Assembly (NCBI GenBank): GCA_010909165.1
Contig: MU008213.1
Coordinates: 47,481-111,480, forward strand
DNA length: 64,000 nucleotides
Direction of reading: 5' to 3'
Origin: Anthoceros angustus
Taxonomy: Eukaryota; Plantae; Anthocerotophyta
Of the stretch, positions 12,233 through 23,900 are shown piece after piece. A model generated the notes under the pieces. The model ran no database searches. It was not told the DNA's origin and saw nothing but the letters and a program-made list of their open reading frames with translations. Each line of letters opens with the position of its first letter. Position 1 is the first letter of the stretch. A program made the position numbers and the translations under genes.

Positions 12233-12370
12233 GAGCACGGTGGCGAACCATTCACCTCTGGAATTGTTACGAGTGGCGGTCAAGCAAAACGTGATACCCT
12301 CCGTTGCATTTGTCACAAAGCAACATCGGCTCGAGGATCGATGCGTGACCAGAACTCACAAGGCGAGATC
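12233..12370 (-). CDS. PHD zinc finger C-terminal to integrase
   Basis: Stitched: DLACExCGH...EPMLLCDKCNGGYHxFCLTPPLVTIPEGEWFCPPC. MLLCDKCNGGYH is readable in one frame, and FCLT and GEWF in another (ORF 12107..12316). This is the C4-H-C3 PHD spacing. Confidence 0.85.
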
Positions 12371-12399
12371 AATCGGTGGTTTCCATGCCCGCGGTTGCG

Positions 12400-13640
12400 T
12401 TCTTGTGTCGAGATTGGGCAAGTGGCACGGTGCCGGTGCCATGCTCCAACGCCCATCTTGCCCTTCCAACTCAATCACCCTTGCTCACCGCGTGGACTAC
12501 CGCAGATCAAGCGTCGGTGCTCACATCTAAAGTAGTTGAGGGTCGATCACGCAGTAAACTCACGCCTCAAACTTCCTTGCTTTGGGTTTCCAGATCCTCC
12601 ACAGTGAATGCATATCGTTGGTCCCGATGTTGGGCTATAGCAAGATTATCCATGGCCATTGGCATCACACGTTAAACAGCTTGCTCTTGCTTGCAATTCG
12701 ACAAACATCCCATAGGATCCACATGTCCGATCCACGGGCTTGGAGTAAGTGTACGCTACTATGTTGGCATGATTGCATTTCGGCCAAACATGATGTAGTA
12801 GGGGCGAAGTTACCAAGCGGCTTGTACCGATTCGATATCCTAGAGCTACATAGGCAATAGCTCGTCCCGAATCGGGTTCTATCTCCATACAATATTTGCA
12901 GAGAGTCCTTGAAGGTGCGGACTAAACGCCCGCCAACACTGCGGGTGATCCGGGAGGTTCGCTGATCTATCGGACTTGATCCGATGCTTGAAACTCTCCT
13001 CGAAACTCATTGCCTTGGTCATCAACACCTCGCACTGCCGTACGAGAACACATTGCAAAAGCCTGCGCGGTATATTGCGAACCGGTGGCGAAGGCCAACT
13101 CCACCCGCCATGTTCGATCATCAACATACAATGTCATGTTGCCGACACGTGGTAGTTCGCATTAGATCAACGAGACCATCGAAGAAAAGTCCCGATGGGT
13201 AGCAGATGCAACACCATATCTTGGGTGGAGAATCGGCCTTTCTTGCATCACAGCGGCATTGGCCACCACCTTTTCAGCATACATGCCCACCAAAGTACGC
13301 ATTTTCAACATATGATGAGTCCTTCACTCCAAAGTGGCCAAGCGTGACATGTACCTTAGTCACCAATTGCTTCCTTTCTCCTATGGGTGGTACTTCCTTG
13401 AGCACTCCACGATCCGTGACCCACACCTTACCGTTTTCATAAGTGTGCGATTTTCCGTTGTAGTTTTTGCAGCTGAGGCATCCATACGGGACACTCCATC
13501 CGTGGTGTATAGCTTGCTCATTCTTCCATATGTCTCTTCCTCCCTCGGCCCATTGCCTTCCATCTTCACTGTTACAGACATCGAGGCCATGTAATAGCGG
13601 GCATGCTTTGAGTGAGTTTAAAGTCCTGCCTTGCTCCAAT
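12400..13640 (-). CDS. pol: Gypsy integrase (H2C2 zinc-binding plus rve core), frameshifted
   Basis: YENGKVW...LKEVPPIGERKQLVTKVHVTLGHFGV (integrase zinc-binding region) and PDHPQ (the HPQxDG-type core motif). Confidence 0.85.
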
Positions 13641-13649
13641 CACATCTCC

Positions 13650-14900
13650 TTTATCGCACATTGGGTTTCTCACGAGGGCCGTCGGCATTGAGATGCACTT
13701 TACCCTTCGGACTGTCACGCATGTCATATTCGGCGATGGCGCCCATCGGGCAAGTTTTCCTCATTTCATTTGTCATCAGCCGGTGAAGGGCTGATGATGT
13801 TGACAAGTTAAGCTCACCAAACAAATACACGAAATGTAAAACCGCCCAAAGCGCAGGCATTCCCTTCATCGATGAGTAGTTTGCTTCCGCGGCATTGTTG
13901 GACCTACTTGCATATCGACAACTCGCTCCTTTCCTTCTTCATACATGCAGGCGGCGGCTCAAGACCAGCACTCCGGTCAAGTATATAAGACAAATGGCTT
14001 ATCAAAATCGGGCCTTTTGAGCATTGGCCTTTTCAGGGTTCTTCAACTCACCTTAAGCCTCTTCTGCTTGTCCCCATCGCCAAGGCACTCCTTCTTGAGC
14101 AATTCATACGATTCTTGCATATCTTTGCTCATGTTTCGGACAAACCGGCGGTAATAATGACAAGTCCCGAAATGCCCTTAAAGGCAATGTCTCTAGGCGG
14201 GCATGAGATCAATTGCCCGCACCTTGGTGAGGCAACACCCCACAGAACTATCTTATGCCCCAAGTACTCTATCTCCTTGTAAGCAAACTTGCATTTCTTT
14301 GGGTGTGCCTTCAACCCTGATTTGGCCAATCTTCCAAAATCTCAAGGTGTTGGAGATGTTCTTCCAGTACATCGAACACTAAGATGTCATCGATGTAACA
14401 TCTTACAAACGATCCACAGAACTCCAAATCGACCACCAGCTGAAAATAAATGGATGCGTTTTCAAACCAAATGGCATTGTTTCCCACTCCACTGGTCCTT
14501 ACCCCAAAAGCGGTCTTGCACTTGTCTCTTTCTTGATGACTATTTGATTGAATCGACCGAAATCAATGTAGTGAAATACTTGGCCAAATGGCATCAAAGA
14601 TTTCATCCGGCGTTGGCATGGGATATCGCTCCATGGGTGTCACCTCATTCAAAGCACGATAGTCTCCACATCCTTCTGTCGTTCCATTCGCCATTCTCGT
14701 CCTTTTTCGAACCACAGGTTGCGCATTGAGGTAGACTTCGATTAGTCCATTCGACTCCTTACATCTCCTATCCACAATGTCCCACTCCATGGGACTCAAC
14801 CTGCCCCTTCGAAACACGGCTCATTGGTGGTAGTGGTGATCTTGAACTTGATACGATCATACCGCTCAGCCAGCTAGCGAAGGTGTGCGATTCACAGATA
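13650..14900 (-). CDS. pol: Gypsy RT and RNase H, frameshifted
   Basis: CGDYRALNEVTPMERYPMPTPDEIFDAI; GLKAHPKKCKFAYKEIEYLGHKI; ALWAVLHF...YDM...KVHLNADG. Confidence 0.9.
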
Positions 14901-15099
14901 TCCCGAATCTTACATTGATCGGACTTCTTCTAACTCTTCGCATATCGCCACTCATGTGTTGAGTTTCTGTGTTCTCTCTTGTGTCACGGTCCTGCGGTTC
15001 GCGTATGACCTCCTTTGTGTATTGTATTGGAAACTCGCCTTCTTCAAGCGATGTGATGCGCATCACCTCGCCACATGCACATATCTATTGTGTGGCAGA

Positions 15100-15945
15100 C
15101 CCACGTTCAACCCATTGCAGGCGGATCAAACGCTTGACCCCTTGCATCGATATGTTTGAAATGCCCCGTGATGGTCCGTCGCATCAAACCCCATGGCCCT
15201 TTCGCTCCATCAGTGGGCTCACCTACCTCATTTCCAACGAGATCCACCACGGTGCCGTCCGCCTCTCGAAGGCATAAGATTGGGGTCCTTACGAGTGTGG
15301 GCGGGCCCCTTCGGCTTCCCAACCTTATTCTGAAATCGTGGAGGTTTGTCCATCTTCCGCATGGTGTGATCGTCCGCCTTTTCTAAGATATCATCCACAT
15401 ATTGTTTCTCTGGTTTGGTCAACTCACGGTGTTGCAGAACCTCTACAGTCACGTTTGTCCAAAACTTGCACCGGTGGGCATATGAGCGTTTGCATCAATA
15501 ATGAATTCCTCTCCTATCCAACCGGGCTGCTCGTAGCCTCCTCCCATGTTCACGCTTATCGAATGCTCCGCACATTTCCAGACGTCAGCCAAGTGGGATT
15601 GATTGGCTGTACTTCCTTGAATCCCGTTACTTACTGCCCACTTCCACCGTCACCCTTTCCACAACCGCCGGAAAACGTCTTGCATTCCCATCTGAAGCTG
15701 ACATATCGTGGCACTGGCCGCTTCGGTATCGTTCCCTGTCGACATCATGGGGTAACGCCTCGACATCCCTTCACGCCTCCATGCTTAATAGTCCGGGATA
15801 CGCCTTTGCATCCCGATGATCCTAGATTTAGCGGCACGCGTGCCTTCTCGCACTTCACACACGTGTATTTCCTCACCCATTCCACTCTTCAATCTGCTTC
15901 AAGCCCATCGATCCCGACTCCATGAGGTGTATACCTCGCTCGTCG
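15100..15945 (-). CDS. C5 cytosine DNA methyltransferase domain inside Gypsy pol (between protease and RT)
   Basis: Collinear C5-MTase motifs after frame stitching: motif I region IHLME..GIDGLEA (~15900-15935), motif IV WEC(Q)DV.xGxGKG (WEC at 15682-15690), motif VI (L)EN(V) (~15575), motif VIII IDAN..SYAHRCKFWTN (15453-15500), TRD with NKVGKP..PTLV, EP...AMGF (~15190-15220), and motif X GQAFD (15125-15139). Confidence 0.8.
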
Positions 15946-16299
15946 GTTGCCACCGAATCACATCCGTATTGATCCTTAAGCGGCTGCCCCTCTAACTGGC
16001 AAGCATTTTTCGGACACACATCGGTGGCTGCCACCTTAGCTTTGTCGGGTGAGCTCCCGGGCCAAAGCTTTCGGCAGCGGGGGTTTTTTTACATACATAC
16101 ACTGCTTTGGCGCTCCTCACCACTCCTCTTCACTTGAGTTCACGTTTCTTCCCATACCACTTGCACTGCAATGCTATCGGGTGAATGCAATCATGCTGTC
16201 GATCTCGGCATGTCGCCTCATATCAAGCGGAATCACACTTGTGAAGTCCCCATCCCGCCATCGCTATATAAAATGCTTCAGTGTAACGGATCTACCCCA

Positions 16300-18050
16300 T
16301 TCTTTGGGCGTGCATGGCATCCCATTAGCGACACATCGTAATTCCTTGCGTTAGACGACACCAAGCAATGAACTTGATGAGGCATCCTTTGTGCACGGCT
16401 TGAACTCTATGCGTCTTGGCTCACAGTCATTCCCATCACCGTTCCTTGGTTCCTGGATGTGGTAATGTGCACTTCACATGGCTTAAGCTTATCCCGTGTC
16501 TGGAGGCCTTACATGCCCCGTGCCGAGCCAGTCGCGCTGTATCTACCAACACATGTTGGGGCAAAGCCGTTGACGTTACCTCCCGACCTTGATTATTGAC
16601 CATGGCAATGCCTCCTTTTGCCCGTGCTTCGGCTTGGTGATCCCCACATGGGGCGCATCCGGACACTGCGTCTGCGGACTCCTTTGCATCCGAGGCCTTC
16701 ATGGCACCGCCGTTGCGTCTTGACTCCCGGATCACGCATAGCTCATCACGGGCACATCCATCACCTTCTCGAGCATAAGTTCTCAGCCGGGTGATTTCTC
16801 TTCGTCCGTTCCTCGATCTTCTTCATGTTGCCTAAAGTTTGGGCATCTTGGTGATTCCTTTCCTCACCCTTCTTTCTTCGTGCTCCACCTCCCGGTCGCG
16901 GTCGTCCATCATCCTCGTGATTCATTGGCCATTAAGCGCACACTACTGGATCCGAATCATAATCCTCGATTGATAACCAGAAGCTTCCCGTGCTTACACT
17001 CATGGCTGGTTTTCTTCTGTGTGCACCTCCTTTGACGCTTTCCGGGTGTACCTCCTTGATTTTGCCTTGGCGGACATCCGTTCCCCAACCCCTTTGGAAA
17101 TTCGGGATGAGCACCAACATGCTTCCGTATGTCCGGTTTTGGCACATGTTCGTTGCTCCTTCTCCTTCGTCCCCCAACCCGATACTCACACTCGAAGGCC
17201 TTGCGGCCCCCTGGGAGACATTTCACCGTGGCTTTGTTGGTGGCTGATGGCCGTGTGCTCCTGGTGGCAGGGCGCGTGTTCACAGTGTGTCATGCTGCGT
17301 AGTTCTTCCTTGAAACCTTGGGTTGTTCATGGCATCTTCATCTCTCACGATTGTGCTCCTCCCGATGGTAAGCTTGTCACGCGTCGCCCTTCATGACCCG
17401 TTCGGCCATCTCATAGGCTTGTTCTAGCTCATAGTCGGCACCATGCATCATGTGCATTGGTAATCACTCTTCTTTGTCTTCCGGAAGCGGCTATGTAGAT
17501 GGGCGGCTTCCGCTCGTCTTCAGCGTGTCTTTCACCGATTGCCTCGACCTCAAATAGGCGGATCCTCGAGGTTCGTTGGGCTTGATGGTGAACACAACTC
17601 TGAATCTTCTCTATAGAGGCTAGGAAACATTTCAGCAATTTGGAGAACATTTCGTCTACCGGTATGTGATGGCATCGATTTGTGTGGGCTGGGACTCCTC
17701 CTCTCATCTACTTTCAACATCTTGGCCATTCTTGCCTGGCGAGCCCGCATCTGCAAGATCGATCCTTGCGATCACGGTAGCAAGTCGGTGCCTCTCCGCA
17801 AGCGTGCTCATCTTCCTTAGTGCCATTTGGTGGTCGGACTTGTACTTGAGCACCATCATCGATTGCCCACGAACTTTTCCTCAAAATCGATAGCGACATG
17901 CGCCATGTCTGCGGTGAACACATCATTTTACTAGGCGCTATCTCGTATTCCATTGACTTCACTACCACTCTCTTCAAATGCTATGGATCGGACGGGACCC
18001 TCCTCTCAATCGACCACTTGGTTTATGGATGAGGATATTGTGTGGCAGAT
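16300..18050 (-). CDS. gag: Gypsy gag and aspartic protease of the DNMT-Gypsy, frameshifted
   Basis: QHVLVDT (retropepsin D-T-G-type site, ~16540) downstream of a gag-like region with Cys/His patches; position upstream of DNMT/RT. Confidence 0.65.
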
Positions 18051-18449
18051 GCGAGCTTCCAGATAGGAGTAAACTCGTTTGTCCACCCAAACACCATTAC
18101 CTTACCAATCCCTTCCTCTGCGAGAGACTATGTATGGCATGTCATCAAAGTTAGTGTTGGCTCCCCCTTCCGTCCAATCAGCCAACCATGAGAGTCATCA
18201 ATCACTTCATCCCAACCTACGCCTACAAATATGCGGGTTCTAGTTACGCGGGGCATTTAAATGCAAAATGGACCGACGCATAAAACAACACCAAATAGTC
18301 TCGGCACCTCATCACAGTTCACCATGGACTTCATCATGTGCTCCACCGTCCTTACATGATGTCCTTGAGTTCCCTTCACACCTCGCTTTGGCTGCACACC
18401 CTTGTCGTCATGACGCCACCGCCGGCTCAAGGGATTGGCGATGTGCAAA

Positions 18450-18931
18450 ATTTCATTCAATGCGGATGTGAGTCAACTCGCTCACCCGCACTTCCAGAGC
18501 TATCGCTAGCTATGCAAGGAACCTCAAATGCCACGTTTGGGATCCGATAGCCATTTGCTTAGAACAAACATCGACAATCGCCTTGCTCCGGGTGTTGGCC
18601 ATCTTATCTTGCCTAAGTGTCGGTGCCTTCCTCGCCACAGGCGCCCAGCAGCCTGTGACACCCTCACGAGCAGGCCAGACATGCATCCCGTGGCGCGGTT
18701 CCCGATGATTACTGCGTAGATCACGGGTGATCATGATGTTGACACGCCATCGCACGGCGTTTGTGGCCATCCTCACAACCTCACGGAGGCGCATGTCATT
18801 GCATGCACATCCATCGCGCATGCCCATCATGTGTGCATGTCCATAGCGGAACGCCATACCATACGTTCATTCATGCCACATACATGCGCACATATACCAC
18901 CTTCACATGTCATTTCATCGGTGGCATGACA
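18450..18931 (-). repeat. LTR-like repeat (5' copy) of the DNMT-Gypsy
   Basis: Direct repeat of 10140-10620; ends GTGGCATGACA on +, i.e. a TGTCA start on the minus strand. Confidence 0.8.
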
Positions 18932-19924
18932 CCCTCATGATGATGGCCAGGAAGGGCTGCGACAAGTGCGGTGGAAGCCTCATACTTTAGCGAAGGAGGC
19001 TTTAGGTGACATATGGACGCCAGAGGTCGCAGGGGAGTCGGAAGGAGGAGAAGACGGCCGGCCGAGCGAAGGATGGCATGAGAAGCGAGGAGGAGATGAC
19101 CGCCCTCAGGTCCACCCTACCATGGTAGGTGACGGCAGCCTGCCGTGATAATCTGCCCGGACTACCGTGGTGAACAGGCTGACTCAACCTGCAGCCGTGA
19201 TGCACCCGGACTAAAGGGAGTGAGACTAACTAACCATGACCAGCCCAGCGGGCTCGCTTCTTAGTCCAGACCGTGAGTGTCTGTTGCCTTGTGAATGAAG
19301 GCAGGGTCGGTGGCTTCTGGCCCGGGGAATAGGAAGGAGGAGGTGGAAACAACCGCCGGAAGAGAGCTTGAGGGGCCGGGATCAGGTCCAGTCCAAGAAG
19401 GAAGGAGGGTGAAGTTCCCTCATCCCACGTGCAGAGGAGCTGGGCAGGAGCCGGCAGTGCAGGAAGGGCCAGGAAGGCGGATTGGTGGAAATCGGTACGA
19501 CAATTGAGGGAGGAAAGATCTTTGAGGAATGCTCCATGACTAGGTATGGACAAATCAAATAGGAGGAAGGAGCAAGGAAAATCCAACCCAAGAATCGTAG
19601 CGGTGGGAGAAGAAAAATAAAGACCAGACATGGTAGGTAGTCGGCCCTATGCCGGACTACAGGTAGTGTCTGGTGAGGAATGTGCCCAGGAGGCTGGAAG
19701 AAGAGGCGCACAGTGCGGCGTAGGCGCGATTCTTGGAGGACGGAGAGCCAAGGCGCGCCTGCAGGTGGAAGGAAGGGCAAGATTGTACTTGCCCCACACA
19801 TTAGGAAGATGACAAGGGCTGGGAAGGGGCAAGAGCAAAAGGAGGGCGAGGGAGCCAATCCACAACGGACGCGTCCCTGTCCCAGCAGGGTGAAGACTAG
19901 ATATGGTTAAAGACCATAAATGCT

Positions 19925-20310
19925 AGATAGAAGAATAGAAAGGACAGGTGATGTAACCTGACATCCTTCAAGGATAGATTTAGGTGAAGTTACTAGAATA
20001 GAATTTACCAAGGATCAGACAATAGCCTTGATTTGGTATTCAATCTTTGGCGGTAGGAAATAATAGAAAATTGGAAAGGTGACTGTAGGGGCACCTAAGG
20101 GAGGTTGTATGTGGAAGGCCTCCTATAAGAGGAGGAGGATTTCACAAAGTAAATATCCGTCTTGCGCTTCCACACTCCTTGAGTCCTTTGCCATTCTGAG
20201 GAGGAATTTCAGCATGAGCCAGCAGTCTAAAAGGAAGCAAGCGTGCCATCCTAGGATCCAAGCTAGGCGGTGGTCAAACCACGAGGCAGCGGGGAGCAAG
20301 TACACAAAGC
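19925..20310 (+). repeat. PPT plus start of a family-A-related LTR (U3, TATA, R)
   Basis: Purine tract AGATAGAAGAATAGAAAGGACAGG, then TG(A)TGTAACC at ~19950. TATA (CTATAAGA, 20123) is followed by ATATCCGTCTTGCGCTTCCACACTCCTTGAGTCCTTTG, homologous to the post-TATA sequence at ~51430. Confidence 0.65.
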
Positions 20311-20314
20311 GTAT

Positions 20315-23270
20315 GGAAAAGTGCTACTTGTATTAGAAAAGTAAAGAGTGTTATATAGCCAAAAGGCTACTTGGTTATTAAACCGCTATAACTGAAAATA
20401 TAAAACTACCACTAAATAGGTAGATAAGCTGGCGCGTTCTAACTTAACATATTCCAATACTCCCACTTAGTTGAAATATTTTCAAAACGGGAATATAAGC
20501 TAGAGGACTAAATGAAATGTACTTTAAGTGTCTAAGCAAATGAGTGTACTCACACACAGTGGCATGCGACCAACAAAACAAACTTGCTATTACTCCTCTA
20601 GCCTCGCTCTCCTTCGCTTGCTACCGCCTATATCTAGAGCTATGGCGACTATGAGCATCACAGGATTGCTCCTCCTCTTGCTCACGGTGGGAATCCTTGC
20701 CTTCTTCTTCTCGCGCGTCCTTCCTTCTTCCACGTAATCTTAGTCTTCATGTCGGACTCGGTGCGAGGCCTCGAGGTATGAGCGGACACAGATTCCAATG
20801 AGGAAATTTTCTGAGCGCCAGTCCTTCCTTCACAATATGTTACTTGACTCACGCATTGTGTCCTTCAATGCTCCCACTGGAGCTCCACTTCATGAGAGCT
20901 CGAAGGCCAAGCCAGCGAGGCAATCAAAACCGATGATAAGGGCACTCCATGAAGTGTTGCGCCAGGTGGAGTTCAACAAGGTGATGCAGAGGCAACAGGG
21001 AAAAGAGGGTAGGGGCTGCTAGTGGAGGCAGCAAAGGAGGAACTCTTGGCTTGTATGAAGGTTCCTTTGCCTCTGGATTCAGACGACGAGGAATACATGG
21101 AGAGAGAATGGGGAGTGAAGGCTGGAAAGAAGAACAGACTGTGACAAGAAAGGAGAAGGCAAAAACAGCAAAGGAGAAAAACAAGCCTGTCTCACATATG
21201 ACAGAGTCTGGAGTTCTCGTGGACTATGGCTGTAAGTATGAAAGCACTCTTGGTATGGTGCCTGCTTTGCTAGGATGGTTGCTAACACTTACGTGGTTGT
21301 CTGACCCTCAAGGAAGAGTTTTGCGAAGTCGATAAGGCACGTGAAGATCGATCAAGCTGCTCAAAACAGGCAAACTCTCGAGGATTAGGCGAAAGACCTA
21401 GCTAGTGGCGAGCCCTTGGTTGTCTGGTATAGGACAAATGCCAGCAACAAAAGTATGCTTTTCATGTACTGGCTTAGAGAGGGCTTTCGTAAGGAGATCG
21501 GAAACATTGTCTTCAGTAGGAACATAAGACACAATTACCTCTCCTTGTTCAGCTGCCTGACGGATGAAATGGTGACTTATCTCGATATGTTTAGAGCAGG
21601 CGTGAAATACGGGGTTCCTTGAAAGTGCGATGGCGCATTAGTTGTCTCCCAAAGTGGTGTGGGTCAGTTGAAGCTGTCCAAGGCCCTTCAAAAACTTGAA
21701 TCCATTCCTTGGCGGCGTGAGTCGCGCACGTACTCGACCGTGAAGATAAACAGATGGTACCCATGAGATTGCTGTGTTGCCCATGAAGGTACAATAAGCG
21801 CCACACTCGCCTAGTGTCGATCCCCGCCCAATCCGCGTAATAAGGTGAGGGATAAACATCCTTGGATCGCCCAAAGCATAAGCTGCCACAGGGTACCTTT
21901 GAGGTATCGAAAATCGTTTTCTTTGTCAATGAGGCTGGCTGGATTCTCAAAAGCGGACTCACATTTAGCTCGAGTAATGTCCATTCGGGTCCATCCAGAG
22001 AGATAAATCAAGGACCCAACAGCTTGTCGATAGGGTACCTTGCTCATGGCCAACTTCTCTTCCTCAGTAGTCGGGCATTGCTCCAAGGAAAGTTTCTCAC
22101 CAAGTGCCATGGGGGTAGCAACAGGCTTAGCATCGACCATGTGAAAACGTTCCAACAGTTGAGTGACAAAGTGCTCGTGGTGAATATCGATGGTGCCACT
22201 GTCTTGTTCATATGGAACTGAACACCCAAGGAAAAGGTCAACTCACCGAGATCTGTCATCTCAAACTGTGAAAGGAGGATATGCTTAATGCGGGCCATCA
22301 GGCTAGCGAATTACTAAACAGAAGTTGTCATCCACATAAGCAGTAGTATAAAATCCTTCCATTACGCAAAATATACACTGCGGTGTTCGAGTCCAAAGCA
22401 ATTGAAGCCAGTTCAATCGAAGCTTATGAAATACCTCGTACCAGGCTCTTGACGCCTGCTTGAGTCCATAAAGTGTCTTGAGAAGCTTACAAACCTTGTC
22501 CTCATCAATGACAAAACCCTCTGGCTGACTCATATAGATGTCCTCCTCGAGCAAGCCATTCAGAAAGGCAGTTTTGACATCAAGTTGATGGACTAGAAGG
22601 TTGTAATGAGCGGCTATAGCCAGGAGGATCCTTATGATGTGGACTTGACCGTGCAAAGCGTCTCATTGTAATCAAGGCCAGGAACCTGACTATATCCTTT
22701 TGCCACTAGACGTGCCTTGTACCTCCCTACTGTTCCATCTGTGTTTAGTTTCTTTTTAAACACCCACTTGCATGCTCTGCTTTCTACCTTTAGGAAGGTC
22801 GACAAGCTTCCAAGTTTGATTCTTGATGAGTGATTTGTACTCGAGTCAATGGCGACTTGCCAAAAGGTGCCTCTGGACCTTCTAAGGCTTCCTTGTAGGT
22901 AGCAGGCTCTCCTAGAAGTCAAACTCGAGCGCTAAGGCATGGATGTAACTACGCGGTGTATGGAGGTTCCTTCCATTCGACCTGGGCTTACGGATACGTG
23001 TAGAAACGGCGTAAGCGGGGCGTCCTCTTGGGATCAAAATCTAAATTGTCAGCGACAGTCTCCTCAACATCGAGTACACCACTAGCCTCTTCATCATCAT
23101 GGGCGGTGTCGATCGTGCTGTTTCATCATGATCAACATTCGCTTGTTGTTAACGTCGGGGCAGGCATTGTTGTTGTTGGTAGCCCCACGGATCCAGTAGG
23201 AGAGTCCTCATCGTCATAGAAACTAACTTGACATCCAGCAAGATCAGAATCGTCACACGGAAATAAGTGC
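20315..23270 (-). mobile_element. pol: Ty1/Copia 3' half: RT, RNase H, ~0.9 kb extra region, PPT and short 3' LTR
   Basis: CKWVFKKKLNTDGTVGRYKARLVAKGYSQVPGLDY; VHQLDVKTAFLNGLLEEDIYMSQPEGF; KTLYGLKQASRAWY; FEMTDLGEL; RH end NPVFHA.SKHIEISHHFIRQ...EDNVSDLLTKAL (~21420-21600); PPT CTAAGTGGGAG (20460-20470) then LTR TATTGGAATATG from 20459. Confidence 0.93.
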
Positions 23271-23275
23271 GGAGG

Positions 23276-23507
23276 TGATAAAATAACACTATTAGGGCAC
23301 TCTTCACTGGGGCACCTAGGACTTAATAATTAATTTAGTCCTTAGGGCTCTAGGTAGTTTCTTTAGTAGTTATTTAATTGGTTAGTTGTTACAACCACTT
23401 ATTGGTTACAACTACCTTGCCTACATAAAGGCATGTACTTTCTATTATGAATGTAATGCAACACATATTGCTAGAGCTTGTGTATGATTCTCATCATGGT
23501 ATCGAGC
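23276..23507 (+). repeat. Copia LTR (23276-23496) plus tRNA-Met PBS
   Basis: TGATAAAAT...TCTCATCA followed by TGGTATCGAGC. Same family as the LTR at 53662-53897 (shared GGCACTCTTCACT, TTAATTTAGT-CTTAGGGCT-TAGGTAGTT, GTTAGTTGTTACAACCACTTA). Confidence 0.85.
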
Positions 23508-23560
23508 ACACTTGCTCTTTGTTTATGCATCCTCATGCATCTAAGTAGCTTATCTAGGAN

Positions 23561-23900
23561 ATTTCTTTGCATTCGTAACTATTCCACACATTGGTACCAT
23601 ATCACGGTCAGGGGTCTTCTTGTGGTTTGTGGAACCGCGTCTCACGATTCCAAAGTCTTTCAGGACCTCTGAATTGAGCAGACTGGCCAATGCAAGTTCA
23701 GTTGCCACCAACCTTGAAATGCCACAACACAAGATAGGCAACAACATCGTACACTCGCGGTTCCAATCCAAACACGGTCCCTTATTCTATACAAGCGTTT
23801 GACAATTTGCTTCCAGCATCTCCTCTGCGAACAGACCACAAAAGTCTACTAAATCCTTGTTCATTACCAAACTCCGTGAACAATGGGTAACTTATTTCAT
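23561..23900 (-). mobile_element. Copia GAG-pre-integrase fragment right of the N
   Basis: Minus-strand VYDVVAYLVLWHFK and a following Cys-containing segment (MCGIVTNAK), as in LWH.RLGH...C..C..K. Confidence 0.55.

Larger units (their letters stand above)
10140..18931 (-). mobile_element. Near-complete Ty3/Gypsy element (Chlamyvir/REM1-like architecture): gag-PR-DNMT-RT-RH-INT-PHD plus extra ORF, with LTR-like direct repeats
   Basis: Direct repeats at ~10140-10620 and ~18450-18931; the latter begins TGTCATGCCACC on the minus strand. Collinear minus-strand motifs listed as separate features below. Confidence 0.85.

Noticed and set aside
21416-21622. Plus-strand ORF MVVWYRTNAS...
   Set aside because: Antisense shadow of the minus-strand Copia RNase H C-terminus.
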